Assembly (NCBI GenBank): GCA_030704615.1
Contig: CM060732.1
Span: forward strand, 72,974,001-73,038,000
From: Takakia lepidozioides
Taxonomy: Eukaryota; Plantae; Bryophyta
DNA length: 64,000 nt
Direction of reading: 5' to 3'
Positions 14,443 to 27,589 of the stretch are shown one piece after another. A model generated the notes under the pieces. That model searched no databases, was not told the origin of the DNA, and was given only the letters and a program-made list of their open reading frames with translations. The position numbers and the translations under genes are program-made. Position 1 is the first letter of the stretch. Each line of letters opens with the position of its first letter.

Positions 14443-14585
14443 AACCTATCACAGCCCATCACAGTGTGGCACAGCCTATCACAGCTCATCACGGCGCAAC
14501 ACAGCCTATCACAGCCCATCACAACGTGTCACAGCCTATCACAGCTTACCACAGTGCCACACAGCCTATCACAGCTCAACACAAC
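14443..14585 (+). repeat. 21-bp tandem repeat (ACAGCCTATCACAGC...) downstream of integrase
   Basis: About 6-7 units; translates as repeated TAYHS in the 14210-15628 ORF. Confidence 0.85.
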
Positions 14586-17500
14586 CTACTAGGGTTACAC
14601 AATCCATAGGATCAGTGACAGGTGGACGTGGGTTAACATCCGGAGAGTTGCCGTCGGAAAAGTGGATGAATGCACGTTTAGAAATGGACACGTGGACGCC
14701 AGAGCGAGACACACAGCCGGACATGGATTGCAAAAGCAAGTGTCATCAAGAAAGAAGACAAAATTGGCCGTCAAGGTACCTACCCGGCACATTAACTTAT
14801 TATGGGGCCATTAATGCATACAGGGAACGGGTAACGGAACCCTTTACAAATACCGAAAAGCGAAATCCAGGTCTCATGTGCTATCCTAGTGGACAGTCCA
14901 GGGGGGAAAATCCATGGAAGGAAATTAAATTACAAAACAAATCACACAGCCAACAGCCAATCATGAGCCAGAATTACCTGCAGAAGGTATTTTCCAAGAA
15001 GCGAAATCAAGAAATTGGAGGGATTCTGAGCGCAAGAGTTGGCGTCGTTCCAAGTAACGGGCGTCTCGTCAGGAGAGACAATCAAAGCTATAGCTTTGAA
15101 GCTATGGCAGAAATAACAGACTACACGCTCGCCTTATTACTTACGCAGTGGCACAAGGACAGACGAACGGAGAGCACATTTTCTCTAAGTCGATACTTGC
15201 AAGCCCCACAGGCTTACAAGCACTTACCCATTTCATTCTGCGCCAACCATACTTTTATGCTTTGTGCTCTGCAGGCGTTTCTTCAGTTGTTGCAACCAAA
15301 ACCTGTCTGTTTGTCCAGAATGAAGAGAGTGAGAGGAATGGAAGATATCAGGGTGAAAAGCACCACAATCTTACAGAAGCAAACGATCACTGCACCACAG
15401 GCGGTGCAGCTACTGAAGGAGCTGCGATTGGAGGGATTGCTACGCAAAGACTGGTCCTTGCATCATCGGCAGTTCATGATACAATTTCTTCAAAACTTTG
15501 AGCCTCGGACAGGAGTTACTCAGGTGAGGGGAGTAGATATAGAAATTACTCCCAGTACCTGCAGCAACTGTTTGATTTGCCATCAGGACATGTGGAGGTG
15601 GAAGAGCACAGGGCAAGATTGCAGATAGGGAATTTGTTCCAAGAAGGGAGTTTCTTTAAAACTCAAGGTTTTGCGTGTACCAAAGCCGAATACCCAGGGC
15701 TTAGGGAGGTTGGCCAAATCTTAAACATTCTGTTTGCCATGAAACATAACCAACAGTATTTGAGCAGGTCCTTCACAGAGGAGATCCTGAAAGCTTTGAG
15801 GGGAGAGGATGTCGCTTGGGCGGAATTAATGCACAACGGATTGGTGGACAAGATGAAGAGGTTACAGGGCACTACTGCAAAGTCTCTGATCATTGTGTCT
15901 GGCCCGATCATTGCTCAAATAATTCTTGATTCTTGCATACTTGATACTCGGGAGAGAAAGGAGATGGGAGTGTTTGAAACAGAAACCACTGCAGTTGAAG
16001 AGCAAGGCTCTTCACACAGTGAGGGTGGACTGGCAGTGCAACCCCAGTCTAAGAGACAGAGGCGGGGAAAGACTGTAGTGGCGGATCCACTGGCTTCACG
16101 GAAACCGCATGATAATGTTTCCCAAGCTCTTGTGCAGGAAGGGGCACAGCAGCACAGAGAGCTGCATTATTGGAAGCAGGGCCTCAGAGAGGGAGGAGGA
16201 AGTCACTTCGATGTCACAGCCACCACAACCAATTGATTCTGTTGTTTTAGAGGTTCCACAGTTAGTATATGCTGTGACATCACCCCCAATTGCTGAGGAA
16301 GGAGAAAGATTAGACATTCCCACTACAGAGCAGGTTGTGGCCGAAATTGAGAAGGGTGACCTTCTCTATGAAAATTCTGGCTTGGTGAGGGAAACAGTGA
16401 TTCCAGAGGTGCAGCGATTGTCCAGGGGAAACCCTGTTGTGCATGTAATAACCACACCTGTGATGGAGGTACCAGGGGGAGAATATCAAGACACTGCAGC
16501 ACCTGTGGTGGATGAGGTGGTTCAGGAAGAAATCTGGTAGGTAGCTGGCCTGAATGGTTCGTGAGGCATCACACTGTTGAGGATCAGAGAACAGAAGCAA
16601 ACTCCCATGATGACCCTCAGCAGGCCATGCTTATGAGTTCCATCAGCAGGACACTTAATTTGTTGGGCACTTATGTGAAATCTCATGTTCCATCTACCCA
16701 ATTGATAGCTTTGAGGGAGGAACTCAGGAAGGAGTTTGAGGCTCGACTTGCCACTGAGTGTGCAAACAAGGTCGATGAGGAGGTCACTCTCAAGTTACAA
16801 CAAGAGTTAGAGGATACAACAGCTGCTTTGCAGTTTGCCAAAGAACATTTGATTGAAGCAGGCCTCACGCAGGACCAGTTGCACGAAGCACATAAGCAAC
16901 AGCTATACCAAATGCAGGTGAAACATGAGAGTAAGTTGCAAGAAGTGAATGCACTACATACGGAGTTGCAGGCAGTACATGAGAGGATGGCCATACAATG
17001 TGCTACACTCACAACTACGCTTGAGCAAACTACATTAGAAGTTAACAGCCAAGCGGAAAGATGTATACAGGCACAGGCAGATGATGTCGAGCAGACAAAA
17101 CTCATTGTTGATATGAAGAATACATCTGTCACAATGAGAATACTTTGAAGAAATACAGGCAGTTTGAAGCTGACCAAGAGAGGTCATCCTGGAATTGCAA
17201 CAAACGGTCATGGCCAATAGAAATGAACTCTCTGTCGCTAACAAGGCTTGGAAGGAAGCCAATAATCTGGGCTTACCTTGTAGTTTGGTTGAACCTCATG
17301 CAAGCGCAGGAGGCTTACTAAGCACAGTTCGATATTCCAACTCAGAGAGGAGCACTCTCAGGGGCCCACCAACTTGGTGGATAACCACCTTCTGCAGGTC
17401 TGGTTAGCACAGGACCGGTGGAAGGCAAAGCACCACTTAAGCTCACCCAAGGCGAATGAATGGAGCTCCACTGGCCGTTGCAGACCGTTGTCCACAACTA

Positions 17501-18946
17501 CTATAGACAATGCCTGCAGAACGTTGCCACAACTACTATAGACAATGTCTATAGTAGGATAGCGGAGCTACAGGAGGATATAGATGGCCTGCAGACTCAG
17601 GTGGAGGACCTGATATCAAAGATTGACAAGAGAGTCTTTGTACCTGAGGAGCAGTTGATGCTTCTTATTTACAAGCCAGAACTTTAGCTTTCAGTCTTCT
17701 TCGCAGGGGGTGTAGGAGATGCCAGTGGTACAAGAGCCAGTGCTACCAATACCACAACAAGTGACTGTGCCAGTAGCTGACCCTGTTGTACTATGCTCTA
17801 CCTACACAGCCACACCACAGCCGCCACAGCCTGATTATGGGGGGATGCTGCTTTTAATAACTACCTACTAAACTCCTGCTGCACGGGAGTACAGTCGGGC
17901 TATGATTATGCCTTTCAACCAAATTCCAATTGTGTTGGATTTGGCTTGGAAGGAATTTAGTCCTCCGCAGTCGTTGGCACATTATTACCAGATCATGCGC
18001 ATTTGGCTGCCAGTGGCAACTAGGACTAAGGTTCTTTTCCGAACAATCGACCCATTGAGGATCATCACTTTGCGAGGTACTGGCATGAGGCAAGTCCATG
18101 TTGAAGGAATTAATTGTCTTCCAAGTTGTACATGGATTCATTTATACCAAGACCGCAGGAGGTAGCAAGTATTGTCATGGCTCGGTTATACTATGCTGCT
18201 TGTTTTCTGGCACTTATCACATTGAGCAGCAGAAGATGCAATCGCGCTTTCTGAGTTATTCCAGTAGGGATCATTGGGTCTTATCTTCAGTGCCAACCTC
18301 ATATGTACTATATGAGGCAAAAGTAATGATGCCAAAGGATTCTCAAATTCGTTCATGGTTTCATTCGGCCTGGAACAATTTGTCAACACAAAATTTGGCC
18401 CTGACGATATTTTCTTTAAGGGAATGAGGCATGGAAATACTTGCACAATTCACAAGTCATTGGCACACTCACTCATCTGTACAGACAAGGAGTTCAGGGT
18501 CTTCTTCACCAATTTTTGCAATTCAGCGCTTACAACAAGTTTTACAGATTAAACTTCTAGACATGGTGGGACCACATTGTATGCCCCAGAGGATTCTAGT
18601 TAGAGTTCGACGACCGTTAAAACACCTCAGGGGGAAGACGATTCTGATACTACTGTTTCTTCAGCGGACTCTTTTGACATGGCAGAGGACTATGCAATTC
18701 AAATGGCAGGGAAGAAGCGACGGGGGTCTCCTATGCCTGAAAGATTACCTTGATATCAGCAGCCAAAGGAGGGACTGACATTTCTAGGTAGTGCTCAATC
18801 ATCTCCGTCAACCAGTGACAGGGCACGGGCTCGCACACGGAGTCCTTCCGAGACTCTCAACGTCACAAAGGTGCTCGCTCACAAAGGTTTGCTAATCCCA
18901 AACAGTAAACCGTGAGGACACGGCTTTTTGAGAGGGGGAGGGTAAA

Positions 18947-19757
18947 TGTTAGAGGGCTTGCTTGGGACTTAGACCTTTTTACGGATCTGTGGGGTACCCT
19001 TAATTTTTGCTCAGACTGAGATCAACAGAAGTCTTAGGGATGACAACAACAGGCTTTAGGGGGAGATATACACAGTCCGACACAGCCGCCACAGCTTCGC
19101 ACAGCCGACACAGCCCAACACAGCCAGTCACAAGCCGACACAGCCCGACACACAGCCAATCACAGCCTACACAGCCTGACACAGTATCGCACAGCCGACA
19201 CAGCCTGACACAGCTTCGCACGGTCAGTCACAGCCCGTCACAGCCAGTCACAGCTTGACACAGCCTGTCACAATACATGAGGAACAATTATCAATGGCAG
19301 GGAACGACTGTGAGGGAACGACATCTACAGAAGGAACGGGGTACTACAGGGATGACGGTTAGTTAGGAAAGCAGTTAGAACAGCTTGTAGGTAAATAAAG
19401 CGAGGAGCGGGGACGCTAGGGGGATCACTTCTTGGGGGGGGACTTCTGGCATCACGGTTTGGAAATAGAGGGGAGAGCGCATCTCTGAGTGGAAAGATGA
19501 AGAGCACGGAGTAGGAGAAGAGACGATCTGTTGATACTTGATGAATGCAAGCTGTAGAATTGTAATGTAGAGTAGATTAGAGACACCATGGCTTCAGCCT
19601 GATACTTGATAGATATTAATCTGATACATACTTCATACTCACATTGTGTAGAGAGACCTGAGTGAAGCTGTGGAATGAATGGATGAGTGGATGGAACCTG
19701 ATAGATTGCTGAAGCAATCTGATACTTAATTGCAGACAGTAAGGTAACTAGCTAACA
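18947..19757 (+). repeat. 3' LTR (811 bp) containing a CACAGCC micro-array at ~19070-19270
   Basis: TGTTAG...CTAACA inverted termini, preceded by the PPT. Confidence 0.8.
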
Positions 19758-20245
19758 TGAATGGGGAAAGGAGTACAAATAGGAAACACCCCCATGATAC
19801 ACTAGCTGTAGGTCATGACTGATTGTTCTGAGCGGGCTGAGTGCTTAGAGATTTCCAACTCTTCTATCTTGGAGTTCCCACCTCGGATAGCGAAGGGATG
19901 GGTGAGTAAAAGCCGCTCGACAATGGCATTTTTGTACTTAAGGCAGAGCCTTCTGTGCTCCAACTGTAGGTCAGGGCGAATGCAGCGCTTTGTATGACGT
20001 GCCAGAGATTGACTCCAATGGAAGAGGCATGTGCGCTCCCTATTTTCCACTGGGACCTTAGGATCCCCCGAACCAAAGATGCGCCGCACTGCATTGAAAT
20101 TTGTCTGTGCACTATCAGCCATGAAGCCCGCAAAATTTGTGTCCTGCATTCCATTGCGCTACATGATAGCCAGGAGAGAATTCCACATGAGCATTTGGGA
20201 TTCAGTGTCCTTCGACTGCATATCACAAATTGCTATGGAGAGCAC

Positions 20246-23200
20246 CAGTGTTGGTCTGGTATTGCGTTTTGGAAATACCAGGAGGGTCCTGGTAATATAA
20301 GAATTTAGAGATGTCCCAAACACGGGTATGCAATAATAATAATAAACCCGGATTTTGTTACTTGTAGGGTATCAATAATGGTAGCATTTCACTTTTGCCG
20401 ACCTGGTATCAACAAGGGTATGAAAACCTTGATACCTGCTGATATCAACTTCGGGTAAAGTATCAAAAATTTACATTTTAGAGAGAAACACACACTGAAT
20501 ATTGTAGCATACATATGGAAATTTTTGGCCTTGCATTTATAACTAATTTCACTGCCACTGTTTTTCTTTCAAGCCAGACTAATGTTGAATGCGACAGAGC
20601 ACTAATACAAATAGAAACAAAGCAATTGAAATTAGGAACTGCCATGAGCTTATGAAATTTCTTCTGTTGAGTTATGCATATGTGAAGCTTATCAAATGAT
20701 CTACTCTACTCTATGCCAAAATCTCTTTGGTTTGCTGTCAATTTCTTGTCCTCGCCAATACCAGCATGAGCAAAGTTAAGAACCAGATGATAGGGCTAAA
20801 AAATCAACATTGCAATGGAACCGAGGATCCCAAAATAAAAGCAAATTTGTGGTCACTCAAACACTGGCTAATTTGCAGGCGACTGGGTACGTTGGTTGGC
20901 TACTCTTGCAATGCCTAAGTACAGTAGCTGATCTCCACCTCAAGTGATAGATGGTGGTGTGCCATGTCTTGAAACTCCGCACCTGTGAAGAGAACAAAAA
21001 CACCCAAGTTAGACCTCGAAGGTCAAGTGGATGCGGAGTATAAGCATTGGTCAATATCAAACATAAACAATCAGCAGTTTAAAAATACTTAGCAAATCTG
21101 TTGATGCAGCCCAAACTCCAGCACTGCAACAACTCCATGTCGGCAACCACTCCAACACCTGCAAGAAAGCAATCCTAGATTAAAACCACATACATTCAAA
21201 ACTGGAGACTCGGCCAAAATGCAGAATTTTTTTTTTTTTCAGAGTTCACAAGCCTACCCCTACTCGTCGTTCTCAAACAGCCATGCCTCCTCAATCAGCT
21301 CCTCGTTCTCGTCAACTAGTATGTCCTCATCCTCCAAGAAGTCCTTGAACTTTCCTGCTTCGACTAGCTTACAATCAACACGGGCATCACTGGGCCAGTT
21401 TTTGTAAACCATTACCAATTTGTCCAGATTATCCACCCCCAGACGACATCGTCTAAGAGCAGTCAGCACACCTGCCACGGAGAAAATTCTCTCCGTCTCA
21501 ATATGAGAACCAGGTATTCCAAGAATTTGACGAGCCAACCACCCAACATTAGGGAACCTTGTCTCATGCTCAAACCACCATTTCATTGGATCCAGTTTCT
21601 CCTCATTGTCAACGGGAAAGCGTCGGAATAAAGAAAGCTCAGCCTTCAATAAGCACTCACTGGCCTCCTCAGTGGAGGCAGCCCTACCAAACAATCCATG
21701 TGAGGGTAGCTCAGGAGTGGGTGGATGCAGAGCTGTGCCACCTTTAGGGTTCAAGTGCTCAATCACAGTGGTCAATAGTGGCAGCAATACAACTGAATCA
21801 TATTCTTGCACCAGACGTTCAGCTGACATCCTACCAATGTAATCAGCAATGCACTGTAAGCCTTTGAACCGTGGATCCAACATTAAGGCTAGCATGTTAT
21901 GTGCCTTGTTCTCAATGAAATATTCAGAAAATGAAAGAAATGGGCGAAGAACCTCTATGACTTGGAGGGCCATGCGAGCATAAGGCAACTCTATCTCCGC
22001 ATCAAAAGATCCATATTGTAAGCGTGGCACATGAGCTGCCCTTACTTCCACAATCTTCCTCATCTCCGTCATGATAGCCAAGCCAGCTAAGAGGGCATCT
22101 GAGAGCAGCCAGTAACCCCTTCGTTGGTTCAGAATGCATTGGTGCACTACAGGTGTCAAAGTGTCATCCACGGCTCTGGCTATGGCCCATGTCCGCCCAC
22201 TGGGAACCCTGGTTTGCAAGGCAGCAGATTGCCGTGTGTAGCAAATATTGATGGCATTAGCATACGCCAACGTCTCCTGAAACATAATGACTTTTGATGC
22301 AAATCTTGTCTTGACAGGGGTCCTGAGTTTTCTCTTGGGCAAGCCTACATCCACACAGGCCTTCTCCCACTCCAACTTGCCCTTACCACTTTTCTTCGTC
22401 CAAGTGATGGTTTTTTGCAAGGCTGCCTGAGCCTCTTTCAAGCTCACCTCAATCATACCACCACTGACCTTCTCCTCATTTGTTGCGTATTGGCATGCCT
22501 TAGACATTTCATGCCCAAAGCAAGACCCTGGATAGGGCTCTGGCAGCTTCAAAGGATCACATTTCACCACTGAAGTTAGGGCAGATTGCAAAGTCGCAAG
22601 GTTAGCCCCTTCATCCTTTACATAAGCTATCACCTTGTCTGATAGCTTGAATTGAGCCAGTAGAGCTTTCACTTGGGCTGCAAGAGCAAGTCCAGATGTA
22701 TGTGGAGATTCAAAAATACCAACTGTAATATGGCATGGACACCAAACCTCGTTGATAAAGTTTACCACAAGTGCAAAGGTATCATGCCCTGATCTTGACA
22801 TCCACAAGTCAAAGGAGCAAGACACGGTGGATGCAGAGGCTATGGCAGGTAAAACATATGTGTCCATCGTTTTCTTGAACAAAGCAGGTAGATGGTCTTT
22901 CACAAGCTGTTTTCTGCTAGGGAATACAACCTGACCACACTGTCTCATGATTAATCTGCGGAGCCAAGGATTCTCAACAACTGACAGGGGCATGTTCCCT
23001 TTACAGACTAGAAGCACCAGATCTTCAATGAACCTCAGCTGGGCAGGATTATCTTTCATGTATGGCCTACAACTGCCAAAGAACGAAGTGATAGCACTCG
23101 GAGGCACAGACTGTCGTTTTTGGTTTTCTGACAATTATTGCTACCTAGATCTACAACAGCTTGCCTATGGGCTTTGTATTTTGCAAGATCAGATCTATGC

Positions 23201-24100
23201 TCATTAGAGACATGTTTCTTCAGTGCAGTTATACCATGATCTGGATTGTAGTTTACAAAGCCTTTTCTAGTTCTGGTTGAGTTACTAGAGCTGTGAGCAT
23301 TCTCCACTGAATGACACATAATGCACCTCATCAATTGTGTCTCATTCATCTCTACCTTAGCACTTGCATCGTTCAGGACAAAAAACGCCCAACACTCAGA
23401 ACCTCTATGATATGGGAGCCAAAACCCCTGATTGGCGACCAAAACTTGCAAGCGCTGGCGCCACAGAGCCTCCTCCTTGGCAATTCGGTCCTCTTCCGCT
23501 TGATCACCAACTTGTAGGACCTCCTTGCTTATCACGCCTGTCTCCAAGTCCTCTACATCCTCCCCAGTAGATAGCAACAATGTTTCAGTCTCACAGATCT
23601 CTAACGCATTGAAGAAATCCATCTCCCCTAGCTAACCTTGTCACAAAGTTGATGTGAATCCCATAAAACAAGCATTCAACACTCAACCGCATGTAACGAG
23701 CAACAAATGGGCAAGAGGCTGAAAGCAATACCTAAATCGGCCTCCTTGCTTGATGCTGCATTGAAAGCCAACAAACCACCTTCATTGCGATCCCTTCCGC
23801 AGCCAAAACCAAAGCAAGAATCTCACAAAATCTGCCGTCATCTCTAGGCTACGCGCATTGATACCTGAACGGCGATACCACCAACCGAGTTCCAGCGAAA
23901 AAAAACAAGTAACAACATCAACAAAGGTGAGCCGAGACTAGTCGGCTAGGGTATCGGCCTCCCCGAAATCCTAATCATACCCTACAAGTAGGTTACTCTA
24001 CGCATTTCCTTTCTATCTGGAACCGGCTGGTAGGGGCTTCCATACTCGGGTGCATAACCGGGTTGATACCCGTATTTTTGTACATACCAGACCAACACTG
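20246..24100 (-). mobile_element. Full-length hAT DNA transposon (3855 bp)
   Basis: Perfect 17-bp TIR CAGTGTTGGTCTGGTAT at both ends; perfect 8-bp TSD GAGAGCAC (20238-20245 / 24101-24108); internal transposase. Confidence 0.97.
21260..23622 (-). CDS. hAT transposase (BED zinc finger, DDE core, dimerization domain) with one frameshift at ~23117-23121
   Basis: BED-like CWAFF...CIMC...LKKHVSNEH; SFDLWMS, YVKDEGAN, CFGH, LDPRFK, WW...FP..LAR..L.IP.S...ERIFS. The two ORFs join if one A is added to an A5 run. Confidence 0.92.
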
Positions 24101-24847
24101 GAGAGCACACGCTGGTACGCTAGTACGCTGGATCGTACACATGGCATGCCATGGTTATCCAACCCTTCACCCGTTTGCAGTGATCAAACATTAACCAACA
24201 TTTTGCCAAATCTCCTCCAGGTTGCATTCGGCGGACGATGCTTGTGACCATATTTCTTGGTTGATGTCTGTTGGATTGGTTAGCAAGTGGCCGTGCCTGT
24301 GTTTGAGACAGTTGATGGGTGGGTTGAGGTCAGGGTTAAAGATGGCTTTGTGAGCTTTTTTGGGATGGTCGTGTAGCAGTTGGTTAAAAGAAGAGACGAT
24401 TTTTTTGTGATTGTCGGCGGCTTTTTGTTTGGTAATACTGTAAGTAGCTTTTTTGGCATCTCTTCCAACTTTGGAAAGAGCAGCTGTCCAGTGAGGAATA
24501 TCTTGGGGATTGGCGGGTGGAGGCATAAGTGCTTGACATGTTGTTAAGGTGTTTAGGCAGGTGATACGTGGATCCGAAGGCCAGTTGTTTCCCGGGTGGA
24601 TGGGGGTAGTGGTAGGTATAATGGTGAGGGCACGCCTGATTGTGTGGTATGTGTTAAGATGTGATGTCCATATACGTTTTTGAGTACGGGTAAGGTAGCC
24701 ACCATTTTGTTTTGAGCGTGTAGTTTGTGGGATTTCAGAGGGGGGGGGGGAGAGCAGGTGACAATGACACTTTTGGTCATTTCTTTCATTGAAGTTGTGA
24801 GTATGGTCTCGGCTTCGGAAAGTATGTCGGAGAGTTTTATCATCTTA

Positions 24848-25607
24848 CGTAGTTGCAACGAAGAGTGGACCAAAAAGTTGAAGATGTGGCCTACATAAAA
24901 GTACATAAGATAAAAAAATAAAAATTGTGAAAAAAAACCAAAACATGGATTCACTTGCACTATATCATGTGGAACGTCTATTGTTGGGATACTGTCATTT
25001 CAAATGGGAAAAAAAAAGATGTTATGGAGGATATATGCCGTCATGTGTCGTCGATGACGTAATCCAAACTTCACCATAATCACAAAAGTACATGTTTTTG
25101 AAATTTTGACCTTGGACCACCCTTCATCTATAATAAATGGTTGTATTTAATGAAGACAATTCATGGGGTATTTTGGTTTTCATATTGTAAAGGACTTTAT
25201 GAAAATGGCTGTTATTGGTAGGTTGATAAAGTACATAAAATTTAGTTTAATGAGTAAAATGGTTAAAAAACTCTCACACTAGATTCTTTATCATAATAGC
25301 AAGGGAGGGCCAAGTCCCTTATTCCAATTATGTTACAAAATCTAACAGATAATGAGTCCATAACAAGTTTTGTATGGACTGTAACAAAAGCTTATGGACT
25401 TTTCATAAAGTCCATCACTTCTAGAGAGAACGGTTTTTGGCGGCAAGTCTGAGAAGGTAGATACTACATGTAGATAGGTACAATGTTGTGTGTCCATTTT
25501 AAGAAATTTCATAGAAATATAAGATTGTAGATCAAAACCAACAAACTATGTACAGGAAAAATGACGCATTTACGTAAAAAAATGGACACTGTAGGCTACA
25601 ATCACGG
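24848..25607. mobile_element. AT-rich non-coding insertion interrupting the LINE (probable old MITE)
   Basis: LINE coding character stops at both edges; weak degenerate inverted ends (CGTAGTTGCAACGAAGAGTGGACC vs CGTGATTGTAGCCTACAGTGTCC). Confidence 0.4.
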
Positions 25608-27242
25608 TGTAAGGATGTTGGTTGGAAATGCTTTAGGAAGGTGACTATGTTATTGTGGGGAAGTGGGGTTAAGATTCTAGATTGCGGTGGTGGGACATGT
25701 ATGGGTGGAATAGGTCTAAAGGGAATGAGAGATGGTGGGATGGTTACTGACACGGGGTAATGGTCTGAGTTGCATAGATTATTAATGTGTATATGACTGC
25801 TAAGGTATGTGGGGATGTCGTTTTGTGTCTTGAGGTAGAAACCGTCAAGAAGGCTTAAGGATGAGTAGTTGAGTCGACCTTGTTTGGAATAGTGGTGATC
25901 GGCGGGTATATAATAACGGAGATGGTGTGAGTGAGTAAAACTTGCCCATTCATGGTCAGCGGGGGATGGAGTTTTATGTATACCATTGTATGTGTGACCC
26001 ATGAGGGCAATGTCCTTGTTGAAATCACCTGCTAGAATGTAGTGCTGGGAGTGGGTGGAACGTTGTGTTAATGTCTTAAAGATGGTGAGCCGGATATCAG
26101 GGATCAGGGGGAGATCTTCGGAGTGTGAGGGCATGTACAAGTGTATAAGGATAATAGAAGAGATGGCGGGAAGGTGTAGTTTGATGATTTGAAGATGTGA
26201 TCGTAGGGGGAGAACGACAGGGATTTTGACCGTGGTGCTAGGGAGTGATGTGTGCGGAGGATACCAAAAGCCACCCCTCCCCGAGTAGGGTGATATGGCG
26301 CGGAGCGTCTGTTTAGGCACTATGCGGCTGTGAGTGAGCTGCCATATAGCAGGTAGTAGGCTGGGAGGAGTTTGTTGATATAGGAGCTGTTGGGGTTGTG
26401 TGTGCTGAGTTTAGTTTCTTGTAATAGAATGATATGCAGGGGTGTAGAGTCTGTTAGATGGAGAAGGCTTTGGATGCTGGTGGCAAGTGATCCTACATTC
26501 CAGGTGAGTATGTTGAGTGCGTGTGCTGGCTAGGAGGAGGAGGTGTGTGGGGGGCTGTTGGATCTAGGGAATGTTGGAGGTGGGTCACTGGTGGAGCTGG
26601 GCATGCAGGGTGGGATGGTGGATGGAGGTGTAGTGGGAAGGGGTTGATATCCAGGGATGCCTGTCGTGGCGTGGAGGGTTGCGGCGAGAATATTTTTGGA
26701 GAGGAATGGGAATTTGTTGGTGATAGTATCGAGCTTATGCATGGTTGTAGTTGTGTGCGCCAGGTGTTCACCAAGAATCCTATGAACTTCTCCGGGCTTG
26801 GCTTTTAGTAGGTCAAGAGATTCGTGGAGATTGTGTAGGTGGTGTGGGGTGCTAGATATATGTGAGGTAGTGGGGGTAGATCATGCAATTGTTGTAGTAG
26901 CGAACAAATGTGTGTGTTTGGTTGGGTTCGAAAGTAGTCGTTGCATATTGAGGGTATTGGAGAGATGACGATAATTAGTGAGAATATGAGATGTTGTGTA
27001 AGGTATGTGCTAAGTTTATGGGTGGCACTGACTAGAAATGGGTGTTTGCAGGTAGGGAGCCCAAAGGTGACAATTGGGTGTGTGAGTTTGCGATTATTGG
27101 TGGAAGGGTTGGGAGGAAGGGAGGGAAGTGGTCACTAAGATGTTGGTATGCAGGCACGAGGGAGACAGTGTTTGTTTGGAAATATAGTGCATATCTGTCT
27201 TTAGTCCTTTGAGAGCTTGTTGATGATGCTAATTATGGTATT

Positions 27243-27287
27243 TGGGCCTGGGTTTGGGTGAATGTCGCCGCAACGGAGTAGTATGAG
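27243..27287 (-). other. 2A-like (StopGo) peptide motif LILLRCGDIHPNPGP, intact copy
   Basis: Matches LL..GD(V/I)xxNPG|P with His in place of the canonical Glu; lies upstream of the APE domain. Confidence 0.75.
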
Positions 27288-27545
27288 TGTTTCACAGGCA
27301 AGTTTATAAGATATAAAGTGGGATGGTGGGTGGTGGGCGGAGTGTTTGGAGGTGAGAGGTTTCTGGTGATATCTCCCATGTGGGCAGTGGGTTATATGTT
27401 GGGTTTTGATGGAATGGGGGGTGGGGAAGTGATTAGATAGATGTTGGTACGGGTGTGTGAGGGAGAGGGTGTTACTTTGGAAATATAGTGCATATCTGTC
27501 TTGTGGGTCCATTGGTAATGGACAGATGATGTCATCAATAGAAGT

Positions 27546-27589
27546 GGGTCCTGGGTTGGGTGGATGTCACCACATCTTAGGAGTATGAG
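27546..27589 (-). other. Second 2A-like motif LILLRCGDIHP(NPGP), broken by a 1-nt deletion
   Basis: CAC CCA ACC CAG GAC CC becomes CAC CCA AAC CCA GGA CCC with one added A; part of a ~300-nt duplicated module. Confidence 0.7.

Larger units (their letters stand above)
14070..19757 (+). mobile_element. 3' half of a Ty3/Gypsy-like LTR retrotransposon with an extra 3' ORF (decayed)
   Basis: Integrase C-terminal region FKTGDLVL...KLKSPWK*P*VIQKMYDNNTAML...RVNANKLKGY at ~14110-14292. Broken extra ORF at ~15400-17690. Polypurine tract GAGAGGGGGAGGG at ~18930-18942 directly before TGTTAG. Confidence 0.8.
19923..24240 (-). pseudogene. MULE/Mutator-like transposase remnant split by the hAT insertion
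   Basis: Right piece 24240-24109 reads RMQPGGDLAKCWLMFDHCKRVKGWITMACHVYDPAY. Left piece 20245-19923 continues VLSIAICDMQSKDTESQ...FAGFMADSAQTNFNAVR...RTCLFHWSQS (D and CxxH motifs of the MULE domain). Confidence 0.75.

Noticed and set aside
16683-17177. Numerous antisense ORFs in the ORF track (e.g. this one, and 35-274)
   Set aside because: They are shadows of coiled-coil or TE coding sequence on the opposite strand.
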